Assembly: GCA_964016885.1 (NCBI GenBank) | Contig: OZ024755.1 | Span: 27,094,001-27,158,000 of the forward strand | Length of the DNA: 64,000 bases | Origin: Eledone cirrhosa | Lineage: Eukaryota | Reading direction: 5' to 3' | In this document: positions 13,625-25,674 of the stretch, in pieces | Numbering within the stretch: position 1 is the stretch's first letter | How the letters are laid out: each line of letters opens with the position of its first letter | Position numbers and translations under genes: made by a program | The notes under the pieces: model-generated | The model's input: only the letters and a program-made list of their open reading frames with translations | Database searches by the model: none | Told to the model about the DNA's origin: nothing

Positions 13625-14070
13625 ATATATATATATATATATATATATACCCATGCTAGCATAGAAAAATTGGTGTAAAATGGTGATGATGATATATATA
13701 TACATATGTATATATATATGTGTGTATATATATATATATATCCATCCCAGATTGAACCAAGGATAAACATGTATATATATATATTAATATATATATATTA
13801 ACATATATATATACACACACGCAAATATATACATACATATATATATATCATCATCACCATTTTACGCCAATTTTTCCATGCTAGTATATATATATATATA
13901 TATAGAGAGAGAGATAGATATATATATATACATATATAGATAGATAAATAAGTAGGGAGATAGAAAGATAAATAGGGAGATAGATCTTCTGGCAACAGTT
14001 TTTTTTTAAATTACATTTGGCCTAACTTGTGAATTGTTTCAGTGAGTAAATTTTCTAGGTTGCTACTCCC

Positions 14071-14666
14071 AGAGTAGTCGTAGTAGTAGTAGTAGTAGTA
14101 GCGGTAGTAGTGGCAGCAGTAGTAGTAGTAGTGGCAGAAGCAGTAGTAGTGGCAGGAGTAGTGGCAGCAGTAGTAGTAGCGGCAGTAGTAGTGGCAGCAG
14201 CAGTAGTAGTGGCAGCAGCAGTAGTAGTGGCAGCAGCAGTAGTAGTGGCAGTAGTAGTGGCAGCAGCAGTAGTAGTGGCAGTAGTAGTGGCAGCAGCAGT
14301 AGTAGTGGCAGTAGTAGTGGCAGCAGCAGTAGTAGTGGTAGTAGTAGTAGTAGTGGCAGAAGCAGCAGCAGTAGTAGTGGCAGCAGTAGTAGTAGTAGTA
14401 GCAGTAGTAGTGGCAGCAGTAGTAGTAGTAGCAGCAGCAGTAGTGGCAGCAGTAGCAGTAGTAGTAGTAGCAGTAGTGGCAGAAGCAGTAGTAGTGGCAG
14501 CAGCAGTAGTAGTGGCAGCAGTAGTAGTAGTGGTAGCAGTAGTAGTAGTGGTAGCAGTAGTAGTAGTAGTGGCAGAAGCAGTAGTAGTGGCAGCAGCAGT
14601 AGTAGTGGCAGCAGTAGTAGTAGTAGTAGTGGCAGAAGCAGTAGTAGTGGCAGCAGTAGTAGTAGT
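14071..14666. repeat. GTA/GCA/GTG trinucleotide tract
   Basis: Direct inspection. Confidence 0.95.
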
Positions 14667-14734
14667 TGTCATTGCCCCTATTACTACTGCCATTGTGGGC
14701 AACCCCACCATTATCTTCATTAACACAGTAATTG

Positions 14735-15624
14735 ATCATCACCATCATCACCACCATCATCACCACCACCATCATCACCATCATCACCATCATCACCACC
14801 ATCACCACTATCACCATCATTACCCCTATCATCATCATCACCATCACCACCACCATCATCACTATCATCATCACCACTGTCATCACCACCACCACCACCA
14901 CCATCATCATCACTATCTCCATCATTACCACTATCATCATCACTATCACCACCACCACCATCACCACTATCATCATCACCACTATCATCATCACCATCAC
15001 CACCACCACCACCATCATCACCACTATCTCCATCATTACCACTATCATCATCACCATCACCACCATCACCACTATCATCATCACCACTATCATCATCACC
15101 ATCATCACCACCACCATCATCATCATCATCACCATCATCACCATCATCACCACTATCACCATCACCATCACCATCACCACCACTATCATCATCACCATCA
15201 CCACCACCACCATCATCACCACTATCTCCATCATTACCACTATCATCATCACCATCACCACCACCACCATCACCACCACTATCATCATCACCACTATCAT
15301 CACCATCATCACCACCACCATCATCACCATCATCACCATCATCACCATCATCACCACTATCACCATCATTACCACTATCATCATCACCATCACCACCACC
15401 ACCATCACCACCACTATCATCACCACCACTATCATCATCACCACCACCATCACCACCACCACCATCACCACTATCATCATCACCATCATCACCACCACTA
15501 TCATCATCACCATCACCACCACCACCATCATCACCACTATCTCCATCATTACCACTATCATCATCACCACCACCACCATCACCACCACCACCATCACCAC
15601 TATCATCATCACCATCATCACCAC
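14735..15624. repeat. CAT/CAC/TAT trinucleotide tract
   Basis: Direct inspection. Confidence 0.95.
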
Positions 15625-15984
15625 ATGTTACCTGAATTATCTTTCAACTAGCAACTTCAATGATATCATTTATATCATCCATTTATCCATCCACCAACTT
15701 AATTCACATTCTCGATGTCTTTGCGATCATCTCCACTTAAGTAAATGGATTCTTTGTGGTTTTAATGTTGAGTGTTTCATTTCGATGATCAACAGAACTC
15801 TTTACTCGTTGAATTATAATAAAGTGGTTGAGTATATTCACAGATACTTTTCCTGTTAATATATCTTTAGACAGACTCAATGTGATGTTGCGTGACAAGC
15901 CTTTTGAATTACAGAAACAGTCTATGTGATAGGCAGTCGTATAGGTTCTGTCTAATCTATTTTACCCACAAAGCTTTTCCCACC

Positions 15985-16215
15985 TTAACTCTTTAGCACT
16001 GAAACTGGCCACATCTGGCCAAAATTCTCTCACCTCTTTCTGTTCAAACTGGCTGTAACCAGCCACTCATATTAAGGTATTATTCTCAAAATAAATATCA
16101 AAATCTCATAGATTCGATATTATGTGAGATATTATGTGAGATATTATGTGAGATAAAGCCTTTACCACAAAAATACAATAGTATATATAGAATAATGTAA
16201 ATGCTAAAGGGTTAA
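15985..16215. mobile_element. piggyBac-type MITE
   Basis: Family TIRs and body. Confidence 0.75.
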
Positions 16216-16295
16216 ATGTATGGTACAAATACTTTGTCAATGTGTTTTCTAGTGGGATCAAGATGTCTAAGTGAATTTCTTTACTGGCTATGCCT

Positions 16296-16650
16296 CATCA
16301 TCATCATCATCATCATCATCATCGTTTAACGTCCATATTCCACGCTTGCATGGGTTTGGACGGGAGTTTTCCCACTTGAGGCAAGAGTGGTTGTCTCGCT
16401 CGCATAGGACTGTCTGGCGGGTTTTCTACGGCTGGATGCCCTTCCTAACACCAACCACATTTACAGTGTGGAACTGGGAGGTTTTTACCGTGTTACCTAC
16501 ACGGCCACATTACAGCGTGGACTGTGTGTTTTTTTGTTGTGTCACCTACACGACCTCATTTGTTTCGGCCTGGATGTTGTGGTACCAACATAACTTTACA
16601 TTGAAAGGGGCGGTGTGGATGGGGTGTGAGTAGTGGGACGGGGGTGTATG
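16296..16650 (-). mobile_element. RTE-like LINE 3' UTR copy
   Basis: Reverse complement of about 38900-39222. Confidence 0.75.
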
Positions 16651-16844
16651 CCTACTTATAACAATACTATAACCATCAGCATCAACAATACTGTTGCTCT
16701 TTAGTACATTTCACATTGGGTAATAAAACACAATCTGTTGTTACCCAGTTTAATACCAATGCTGAGCTCTTGGGTGGCTTTGGTAGAGTCCATTTTGTTG
16801 AAGCCATTTGAACTCGGTCTCCTGTGTAAGGATAATTTCCTCCC

Positions 16845-17030
16845 TAGAAATGGCTTCTGCAGGACTAGAACTGTTTCATTCGGGAGAAATCATCAGGAAG
16901 CCTGATGATTTCTCCCGAATGAAACAGTTCTAGTCCTGTAGAAGCCATTTCTAAATTAAATATTTATACTCTGCTATGTATTGAATACCTTACTTACTGT
17001 GGTTACCCCTGATTGAACCCAGGATAAACT
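16845..17030. mobile_element. Penelope-like remnant: fold-back palindrome with a hammerhead motif, followed by a tail ending in (TA)n
   Basis: Inverted arms of about 54 bp span 16845-16953. The minus strand reads GGCTTC-CTGATGA-tTTCtcccGAAt-GAAACAG..CTG(C)A-GAAGCC; the plus arm has CTGTA at the cleavage site. Confidence 0.7.
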
Positions 17031-17047
17031 TATATATATATATATTT

Positions 17048-17257
17048 ATAACGAAGGAGTTGTGGTAAGGAACCAGATGGACCATAATGCACCAGAGTAT
17101 TCAATACTTAGGGTAGTAGAATGGGTAATAGGAAAAAGTATGACCCCGACGGCAGAGCTCAAACCGTTTCGATGGCTATTTGTGGACTGAAATAGCCATC
17201 CAGAAATAACCGTCGAAACGGCTTGAGCTCTGCCGTCGGGGTCATACTTTTTCCTAT
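17048..17257 (-). mobile_element. Penelope-like remnant with fold-back palindrome and 3' half of a hammerhead
   Basis: Inverted arms at 17128-17181 and 17204-17257. GAAACGGC..GCCGTC forms stem III with a GUC triplet. Flanked by (TA)n. A second, deleted copy lies at 39223-39348. Confidence 0.62.
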
Positions 17258-17795
17258 ATATATATATAAATCCAAGCAAATAGTTTCATCATAATTACAA
17301 CCACTATCATCATCATTACCGCCACTATCATCATCATCACCATCATGGACATCTAACACCACTACCATTTGTGATATACAAATTTCATTATAAACATGGA
17401 AGTTGTAAACATCATCACTCAAACTGCTACATAGGAGATGCAAATATGACATATTCTCACTAGTTAACCACGCACGTACAACCAGGAGTTGTCACAGCAC
17501 ATTATGACACAACACATGCAATAAAATTAGATAGAAAAACATTAGTTGACAATACTATAATCCTATATAGAACTCTACAAAAACTGCATCTCTGGAGACT
17601 TTAATAAAAGCAAAATATAAGTCGTAAATCAACAGTTATATATAACACAGATAAAATTAGTTATGAAATCTACCAGTACTTAACTGTGAAATGATTTTTG
17701 TAATCTTGCTTTAAGGATTTTATCAGTATTCCCATGATCCTTTGTAAGCCATTTCAAAATGCATGACCAACACACCATTATTGACATAATTTATG

Positions 17796-17976
17796 GGCGG
17801 TGGATTGGCAGTATCGGTAGAGGGTCGGACGCCATGCTTTCCAGCATAGTTACGTCCCTTTACGATCTGAGTTCAAATCCCGCCGAGGTTGACTTTGCCT
17901 TTCATCCTTAAAATAAAATAAAGTACCAGTAATGCACTGGGTAATTGCTGGCCTTGTGCCTAAAGTAGAAACAATT
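17796..17976 (+). mobile_element. SINE family A with 17-bp TSD
   Basis: TSD attattgacataattta at 17777-17793 and 17974-17990. Confidence 0.85.
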
Positions 17977-17998
17977 ATTGACATAATTTAATTCTTAT

Positions 17999-18121
17999 AA
18001 TTGTTTCTACTTTTGGCACAAGGCCAGCAATTATATCCAGTGTATCACTGGTACTTTATTTTCTCGACCCTGTAAGGATGAAAGGCAAAGTTAACCTCGG
18101 CGGGATTTGAACTCAGACCAT
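17999..18121 (-). mobile_element. SINE family A, 5'-truncated, with TSD aatttaattcttata
   Basis: Reverse complement of the family 3' part; the flanks are duplicated. Confidence 0.8.
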
Positions 18122-18329
18122 AAATTTAATTCTTATACTGAGGCCAATATGGTGTGAAACATTAATGGACTAATGGATTTAAGAAATCTATTGCTCCAAA
18201 CTCCACATAAAGGACTAATATAGAGATATGAAAGATCTTTAATAAAAAGGGATTAAAATTGAACAATTGAACAGTATTTAATATAACACATAAAAGTTAA
18301 TGAGAACAAACTTCAGTAGACATTACAAG

Positions 18330-18640
18330 TCATCATCGTCATCATCATCATCACTCGTCGACTACTGTTGAGATGATGGATCTCACTCTCATGCCCCAGA
18401 ATCCCCTGTCCCCCATCGCTGCCCCCAGGTCCTGTCTGCTGATTCCCGTATCCCCAGAGATAACGTCAGGGAATGACAGCTTCCTACTCCTGGTCAGGCT
18501 GGAGTCAGGGTTCCAGAGCAAGAGAGCGGATATGATTTCATTGCTGGCACGGTGACAGTGGCCAGCAAATTGAGCTCTCCGGGATTTTAGAAGGGATTAC
18601 AAGTAGGGAGCACAGATACTGTCCGAATACAGAGGAGCCG
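18330..18640 (-). mobile_element. RTE-like LINE 3' end (third-family relative)
   Basis: Minus strand LLKSRRAQFAGHCHRASNEIISALLLWNP...FPDVISGDTG...AAMGDRGFWGMRVRSIISTVVDE*, then (GAT)n. Confidence 0.75.
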
Positions 18641-18699
18641 AACTCCCACTGTCATCGCCTCCATCTCTCACTATTCTGAGCAGATGGGGTACCACTGGA

Positions 18700-18990
18700 G
18701 CCCCATGGTTCCAGTGGACAGAATAGAGAAGGCGTTTCCTCGGAGGAAGGTGAGGGAGATGCACTGGATGAGTCATTCCATCTCACGAGGCTCACACCTG
18801 CAGCTAGCCAGCTCAGTGCCTATGGTGGTGACTAGGGAGGTAGCTCTAGAGCCAATGACAACAAAAGTCTCCACTGCTAGGAGCTTGGTTGCAAACCTGT
18901 CAGAGAGGGACCAATATTTGGAGAGTTTACAGCCCGAAGTGCAGCACAGCCTGGGTTAGTCGCAGACTGCACCAGGTTGCTGCTGGAGAT
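18700..18990 (-). mobile_element. CRE-like (restriction-like endonuclease) retrotransposon C-terminal fragment
   Basis: Minus strand KLSKYWSLSDRFATKLLAVETFVVIG...EPREME*LIQCISLTFLRGNAFSIL, homologous to the 33848..34198 ORF. Confidence 0.6.
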
Positions 18991-18992
18991 TG

Positions 18993-19518
18993 TGTTACTG
19001 TGTGTATCTGGTACCACCCACACCAAGGTAACTTTGGTACACATTACTGAGAGAAACTCCAGTCTCACCTCCTCCTCCAAACACGTTACTGTGTGTATCT
19101 GGCACCACCCACACCAAGGTAACTTTGGTACACATTACTGTGAGAAACTCCAGTCTCACCTCCTCCTCCAAACACGTTACTGTGTGTATCTGGCACCACC
19201 CACACCAAGGTAACTTTGGTACACATTACTGTGAGAAACTCCTGTCTCACCTCCTCCTCCAAACACGTTACTGTGTGTATCTGGCACCACCCACACCAAG
19301 GTAACTTTGGTACACATTACTGTGAGAAACTCCTGTCTCACCTCCTCCTCCAAACACGTTACTGTGTGTATCTGGCACCACCTTTACACCAATTTGTTTG
19401 TACTTTACAGTTGATCATTGCTGTTTCCATATACATTTTTTGCGATGAGGGTTGAGGGGCATGACAATTTTTGAGATGTTGAGGTGGGGCATGGTGCACA
19501 AAAGGTTGGGGACCACTG
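18993..19518 (-). mobile_element. hAT-type non-autonomous element end with 91-bp tandem repeat x4
   Basis: gtatctgg recurs at 19004, 19095, 19186, 19277 and 19368. The terminus CAGTGGTCCCCAACCTTTT is on the minus strand. Confidence 0.7.
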
Positions 19519-19974
19519 CTCTAAATAGTTTAAGTGTCAGATGAAAAGAAAAGCAATTCAAGTGAAAATGAAATATAATTCAATTGAGATTATCATTTTA
19601 TCTATTTTATTTTATTTTATTTTCTGAATTGAAAGAAATCTTTCAATTCTCTTGGGATACACTCTGCTAACATCTTGGATTTATATTTCAACATAACGAT
19701 CATGTTGCTATGATATATTGATTATTGTTGTTGTTGTTTTTATTCATGTTTTGTTTCGTATTACACCTGTAATGAATTTATACTTTCTTCTATAGCAATC
19801 CCTTCTACCTATCTATCTGCCTAGCTATCCATCCATCTGTCTGTCTAGCAATCCTATCTATCTGTCTAGCTATCCATCCATCCTCCAAAAGAGAACAAAA
19901 TCCCCACCTGTCTGTCTAGCTGTGCAATATATCTGCCTGTCTATGTAGCTCTCTATCTGCATATATATATATAT

Positions 19975-20310
19975 GGAAGCACATGGCTTAGTGGTTAGAG
20001 CATTGGCCTTGCAATCGAAAGGTTGTGAGTTCAATTCTCAGACCGGGTGATGTGTTGTTTCCTTGAGCAAGACACTTTATTTCACATTGCTCCAGTTTAC
20101 TCAGCTGTAGAAATGAGATGATAGGGACTGGGGTCCCTATCATTCCACTGCAAAGTGGTCGTGTAGGTACCACGGCAAAAAGCACCCAGCACTCACTGTA
20201 AATGAGGTTGGTGTTAGGAAGGGCATTCAGCTGTAGAAATCAAGCCAGAATCAGTTCCCGTCCCACCCTTGCAAGCAGGGAAAAGTGGACGTAAAATGAT
20301 GATGATGATG

Positions 20311-20311
<1 letters not shown>
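19975..20311 (+). mobile_element. SINE family B
   Basis: Near-identical to 37123-37463; (GAT)n tail. Confidence 0.82.
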
Positions 20312-20590
<279 letters not shown>

Positions 20591-21027
20591 GTCTGTATGT
20601 CTCTTTATCTGCATCTCTCTCTCTCTCTAAAAAATATTCCCATTCTACTTTTTTTCCTTTCTTTCTATTGCATATTCTTTAACTTTGTGCTGTGTTGTGT
20701 TACATCAAAATTCCACTCAATCCAATACCATCAGCAAGACACCTGCCTCTTTTAAATAATAATCTACTTAGCTTTTCAACTGACTCTATAAACAAAATTT
20801 CTAACAATTACAATAGAACTGACTGGTGAAATATTTGGCTCCCATTATGTACTAAAGCAGAGGTTCTCGAACTTCTTGGGCCACCACTCCTTCTCAAGGC
20901 AATGTAATAACCTCAGCACCCTCCAACCCTATTTCCAGAGAGACTTGCCTGCACGCAAATTGTAAATAATATATATGGGTAAAAACCGAAGCTGAAGCAT
21001 ATAGACAATATGCCAATACACCCCTCC

Positions 21028-22630
21028 CACTGTAAAGTGGTCATGTAGGTATCATGACAAAAACACCCAGTCCACACTGTAAAGTGGTCATGTAGGTATC
21101 ATGACAAAAACACCCAGTACACATTGTAAAGTGGTCATGTAGGTATCATGACAAAAACACCCAGTACACATTGTAAAGTGGTCATGTAGGTATCATGACA
21201 AAAACACCCAGTCCACATTGTAAAGTGGTCATGTAGGTGTCATGACAAAAGCACCCAGTCCACACTGTAAAGTGGTCATGTAGGTGTCACGACAAAAACA
21301 CCCAGTCCACACTGTAAAGTGGTCATGTAGGTGTCACGACAAAAACACCCAGTCCACACTGTAAAGTGGTCATGTAGGTGTCATGACAAAAGCACCCAGT
21401 CCACACTGTAAAGTGGTCATGTAGGTGTCACGACAAAAACACCCAGTCCACACTGTAAAGTGGTCGTGTAGGTGTCACGACAAAAACACCCAGTCCACAT
21501 TGTAAAGTGGTCATGTAGGTGTCATGACAAAAACACCCAGTCCACATTGTAAAGTGGTCATGTAGGTGTCACGACAAAAACACTCAGTCCACATTGTAAA
21601 GTGGTCATGTAGGTGTCATGACAAAAGCACCCAGTCCACACTGTAAAGTGGTCATGTAGGTGTCACGACAAAAACAGCCAGTCCACACTGTAAAGTGGTC
21701 ATGTAGGTGTCACGACAAAAACACCCAGTCCACACTGTAAAGTGGTCATGTAGGTGTCATGACAAAAGCACCCAGTCCACACTGTAAAGTGGTCATGTAG
21801 GTGTCACGACAAAAACACCCAGTCCACACTGTAAAGTGGTCGTGTAGGTGTCACGACAAAAACACCCAGTCCACATTGTAAAGTGGTCATGTAGGTGTCA
21901 TGACAAAAACACCCAGTCCACATTGTAAAGTGGTCATGTAGGTGTCACGACAAAAACACTCAGTCCACATTGTAAAGTGGTCATGTAGGTGTCATGACAA
22001 AAGCACCCAGTCCACACTGTAAAGTGGTCATGTAGGTGTCACGACAAAAACAGCCAGTCCACACTGTAAAGTGGTCATGTAGGTGTCACGACAAAAACAC
22101 CCAGTCCACACTGTAAAGTGGTCATGTAGGTGTCATGACAAAAGCACCCAGTCCACACTGTAAAGTGGTCATGTAGGTGTCACGACAAAAACACCCAGTC
22201 CACACTGTAAAGTGGTCGTGTAGGTGTCACGACAAAAACACCCAGTCCACATTGTAAAGTGGTCATGTAGGTGTCATGACAAAAACACCCAGTCCACATT
22301 GTAAAGTGGTCATGTAGGTGTCACGACAAAAACACTCAGTCCACACTGTAAAGTGGTCATGTAGGTGTCATGACAAAAAAACCCCCAGTTCACACTGTAA
22401 AGTGGTCATGTAAGTGTCACGACAAAAACACCCAGTCCACACTGTAAAGTGGTCATGTAGGTGTCATGACAAAAAACACCCAGTCCACACTGTAGAGTGG
22501 TCATGTAGGTGTCATGACAAAAACACCCAGTCAACACTGTAAAGTGGTCATGTAGGTGTCATGACAAAAAGCACCCAGTCCACACTGTAAAGTGGTTGTG
22601 TAGGCGCCAAGGTAAAAAAGCACCCAGCAC
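21028..22630. repeat. 47-bp minisatellite, about 33 units, with 376-bp higher-order periodicity, inside a LINE 3' UTR copy (about 20985-22802)
   Basis: Unit cactgtaaagtggtcatgtaggtgtcaYgacaaaaacacccagtcca; rare variants recur every 376 bp. Confidence 0.95.
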
Positions 22631-23003
22631 TCACTGTAAATGAGATTGGTGTTAGGAAGGGCATCCAGCTGTAGAAACCGAGCCAAAATCAGTCCTGTAT
22701 GAGCAAGACATGGTCACCTGACCTGGCATTGCCCACAACAGGACAACCTGTCTAACCCATGCTAGCATGGAAACATTGACGTAAAACGATGATGATGATG
22801 ATTATATAATAAATAAAATCGTTAATTTATATATAAGAAATAATTGTCTTATGTTGTTTATTACATAACTAAATAGCTATGTAACCTACATAGAGCACTC
22901 TGCTTTCCTTTACCTTTCCTACGGAAACACTTAATATAAGAAATGATATAATATATACTATACATAAATAAATATTATATATTTTTCATTTTACTATATT
23001 TAT

Positions 23004-23420
23004 ATCATCATCATCATCATCATCACCGTTTTACGTCCGTTCTTCCACGCTAGCATAGGTTAGACGGGTTGTCCTGTTGTGGGCAGTGTCTGGTCGGCTG
23101 ACCATGCCTTGCTCATACAGGAACTGATTTGGCTTGATTTCTACAGCTGGATGCCCTTCCTAACACCAACCTCATTTACAGTGAGTGCTGGGTGCTTTTT
23201 CGTGGCGCCTACACGTCCACTTTACAGTGTGGGCTGGGTGCTTTTTTGCCGTGGCACCTCCACGACCACCTTGCAGTGGGAGGGTGTGGGGGCATATTGT
23301 CTATATGCTTCAGCTTGTACCCATGGGAGGTCGGGTACTCTGTATTACTGCGTGACGCCAGAGGTCACGGTCGTGTGTCATTGCCTTTGAGAGGTGTAAT
23401 TGGGTAAGGTCGGCTCATTT
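23004..23420 (-). mobile_element. RTE-like LINE 3' end
   Basis: The minus strand encodes ADLTQLHLSKAMTHDRDLWRHAVIQSTRPPMGTS*, then UTR and (GAT)n. A sister copy lies at 37946-38275. Confidence 0.75.
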
Positions 23421-23444
23421 GATATCTAATATACTATTATATCA

Positions 23445-23728
23445 CAACCATAAGGTTGTGAGTCGATTCCCGGTCGCACATTTTGTCCTTGAGCAAGACT
23501 CTTTATTTCATGTTGCTCCAGTCCACTCAGCTGGCAAAAATGAGTTGTACCTGTAATTTGAAGAGCCAGCCTTGTCACATTTGGTGTCATGCTGAATCTC
23601 CCTAAGAACTACATTAAGGGTATGCGTGTCTGTGGAATGCTCAGCCACTTACACGTTAATTTCATGAGCAGGCTGTTCCATTGATTGGATCAATTGGAAC
23701 ACTTGTCGTTGTAACTAACAGAGTGCCT
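23445..23728 (+). mobile_element. tRNA-derived SINE with family-B-like middle and a third type of tail
   Basis: ccttgagcaagactctttatttcatgttgctccagtccactcagctg followed by an unrelated 3' sequence. Confidence 0.62.
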
Positions 23729-24869
23729 TCATATCATCTCTACCACCCCCTTAGACCCCAGCACCCGCTAGACCTTCTCAACACCACCACCCCCTTTGAG
23801 AACCTCTGTACTAAAGAGTGTAGGCGGTAAACTCCCAATAAAACAAATCTTTGATCTAGTTTCATCTGTATAATAACTATGCACTAAATATTTTACTTTA
23901 TTCTTCCTTCTTGGGACTGCATCCATCTGTTATTCTGACCTTTCCTTATACTTTCTCTACAAACATTGACCTTCAAATTTTCAAGCTGAGCATTAACTAC
24001 ATCAGTTTGTGTGGGTTTTGACTAAAATATATGTAGTCTTTAAATGCTTGGATAAAGCCATTTCACTCCATTTCACTTTGCATATGTTGATAAGCAGTCT
24101 CCTTGGGGAAAAAATCATAGTTATGATTAATCTCCAAATATTCTTGGGAGTCTGTCAACATATTTGTCAATAAGTGACTTTGCTTTCCCCTCAAAAATTG
24201 CTGGCCTTGTGCCTAAATTAGAAATCATTATTGTTATTGGCGGAACTGGTAGAGTGCTGGACAAAATACTTTGTGGGGTTTGGTTGTATTTCTACTTTCT
24301 GAGTTCAAATCTCGATGGGAACAATTTTGTATTTCAGTAACTGAGGGTTTGTGAAATATGTACTAGTCAAGTACTTGTTTGACTTACCCCACTATACCTC
24401 TCCACCCCCAAATATCCTGGCTTTATGCCTAAGTTTATTGATTGGCAGTATCAGTAGAGTATCAGTAGAGTATCAGGACAAATGCTGAGCAGAATTTGTT
24501 TTAGTTCTTTACAATCTGAGTTCAAATCATGCTGAGATAAACTTTGCCTTTCATCCTTTCGAGATTGCTGAAATAAAGTAGCAGTAAGGTACTGTACTGT
24601 GGTGAGTATACCTCACATCCAGCCTCCCCATCAATTGCAGGCCTTGTGTTGAAATTAGTAGATTGTCAGTATCGGTAGAGTGTCAGACAACATGCTTTGC
24701 AGCATAGTTTATGCCCCGTTATGTTTTGTGTTCAAGTCCCGTCAGGATTAGCTTTGATTTTCATCCTTACAGTGTCCCTACCCCCAGGAGTTATAGGAAT
24801 ATGCATGCATGCAACAAAGATTAATCAATTTTTAGCAATCATTATTATTATTATTATTATTATTATCAA

Positions 24870-25278
24870 GGCGGTGGATTGGCAGTATCAGTAGAGGGTC
24901 AGACGCCATGCTTTCCAGCATAGTTACGTCCTTTTACGATCTGAGTTCAAATCCCGCCGAGGTTGACTTTGCCTTTCATCCTTACGGGGTCGATAAAATA
25001 AAGTACCAGTAATGTACTGGGTAATTGCTGGCCTTGTGCCTAAAGTAGAAACAATTATTATTATGGTGGATTGGCAGTATCGGTAGAGGGTCGGACGCCA
25101 TGCTTTGCAGCAAAGAGTTATGACCCTTTATGGTCTGAGTTAAAATCCCGCCGAGGTTAACTTTGCCTTTCATCCTTACGGGGTCGATAAAATAAAGTAC
25201 CAGTAATGCACTGGGTAATTGCTGGCCTTGTGCCAAAAGTAGAAACAATTATTATTATTATTATTATTATTATTATTG
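24870..25278 (+). mobile_element. Two tandem SINE family A copies within (ATT)n
   Basis: Copies at 24870-25060 and 25064-25250; older degenerate relatives lie at about 24190-24770 and 25280-25670. Confidence 0.82.
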
Positions 25279-25674
25279 CATAGCAGAATTGACAGAGCAC
25301 TAAACAAAATGCCTATATTATTGTCTTTTTACATTTTGAGTTCCAACTCAGCAATTCTTGCTGTCTTTAATCCTTCCTTGTTTGATAATATGTATCAGTA
25401 GAGTACTAGAGTTGTTCTAATCGACTATATTCTCCACAGAAAGTGCAGCCTTCTGCTTATGGCCTAAATCTTTGTTGGTAGAATCGTTAAAGAATTGAAC
25501 AACATTTTTTATGTTATTTAGTTACAGCTCTTTTTATTCCAAGTTCAAATCCCACTGAGGTCAACTTTACCTTTCATCCTTCTGGTGTTGAAAAAATAAA
25601 CTGCCACTCAAATACTGGAGTCAATTTAATTGTACCCCTCTCCCTTAAATAAAAAATGCTGGTCTATTTATTAT

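Larger units (their letters stand above)
20858..23808. mobile_element. hAT-type element inflated by nested retroelements
   Basis: TIRs cagaggttctc/gagaacctctg with an exact 8-bp TSD tactaaag (20850-20857 and 23809-23816). Confidence 0.8.

Noticed and set aside
14011-15859. Poly-His, poly-Thr and poly-Val/Met ORFs (also 39729-40570 and 41380-42194)
   Set aside because: Trinucleotide tracts are open in several frames on both strands, and no exon signals link them to a gene.
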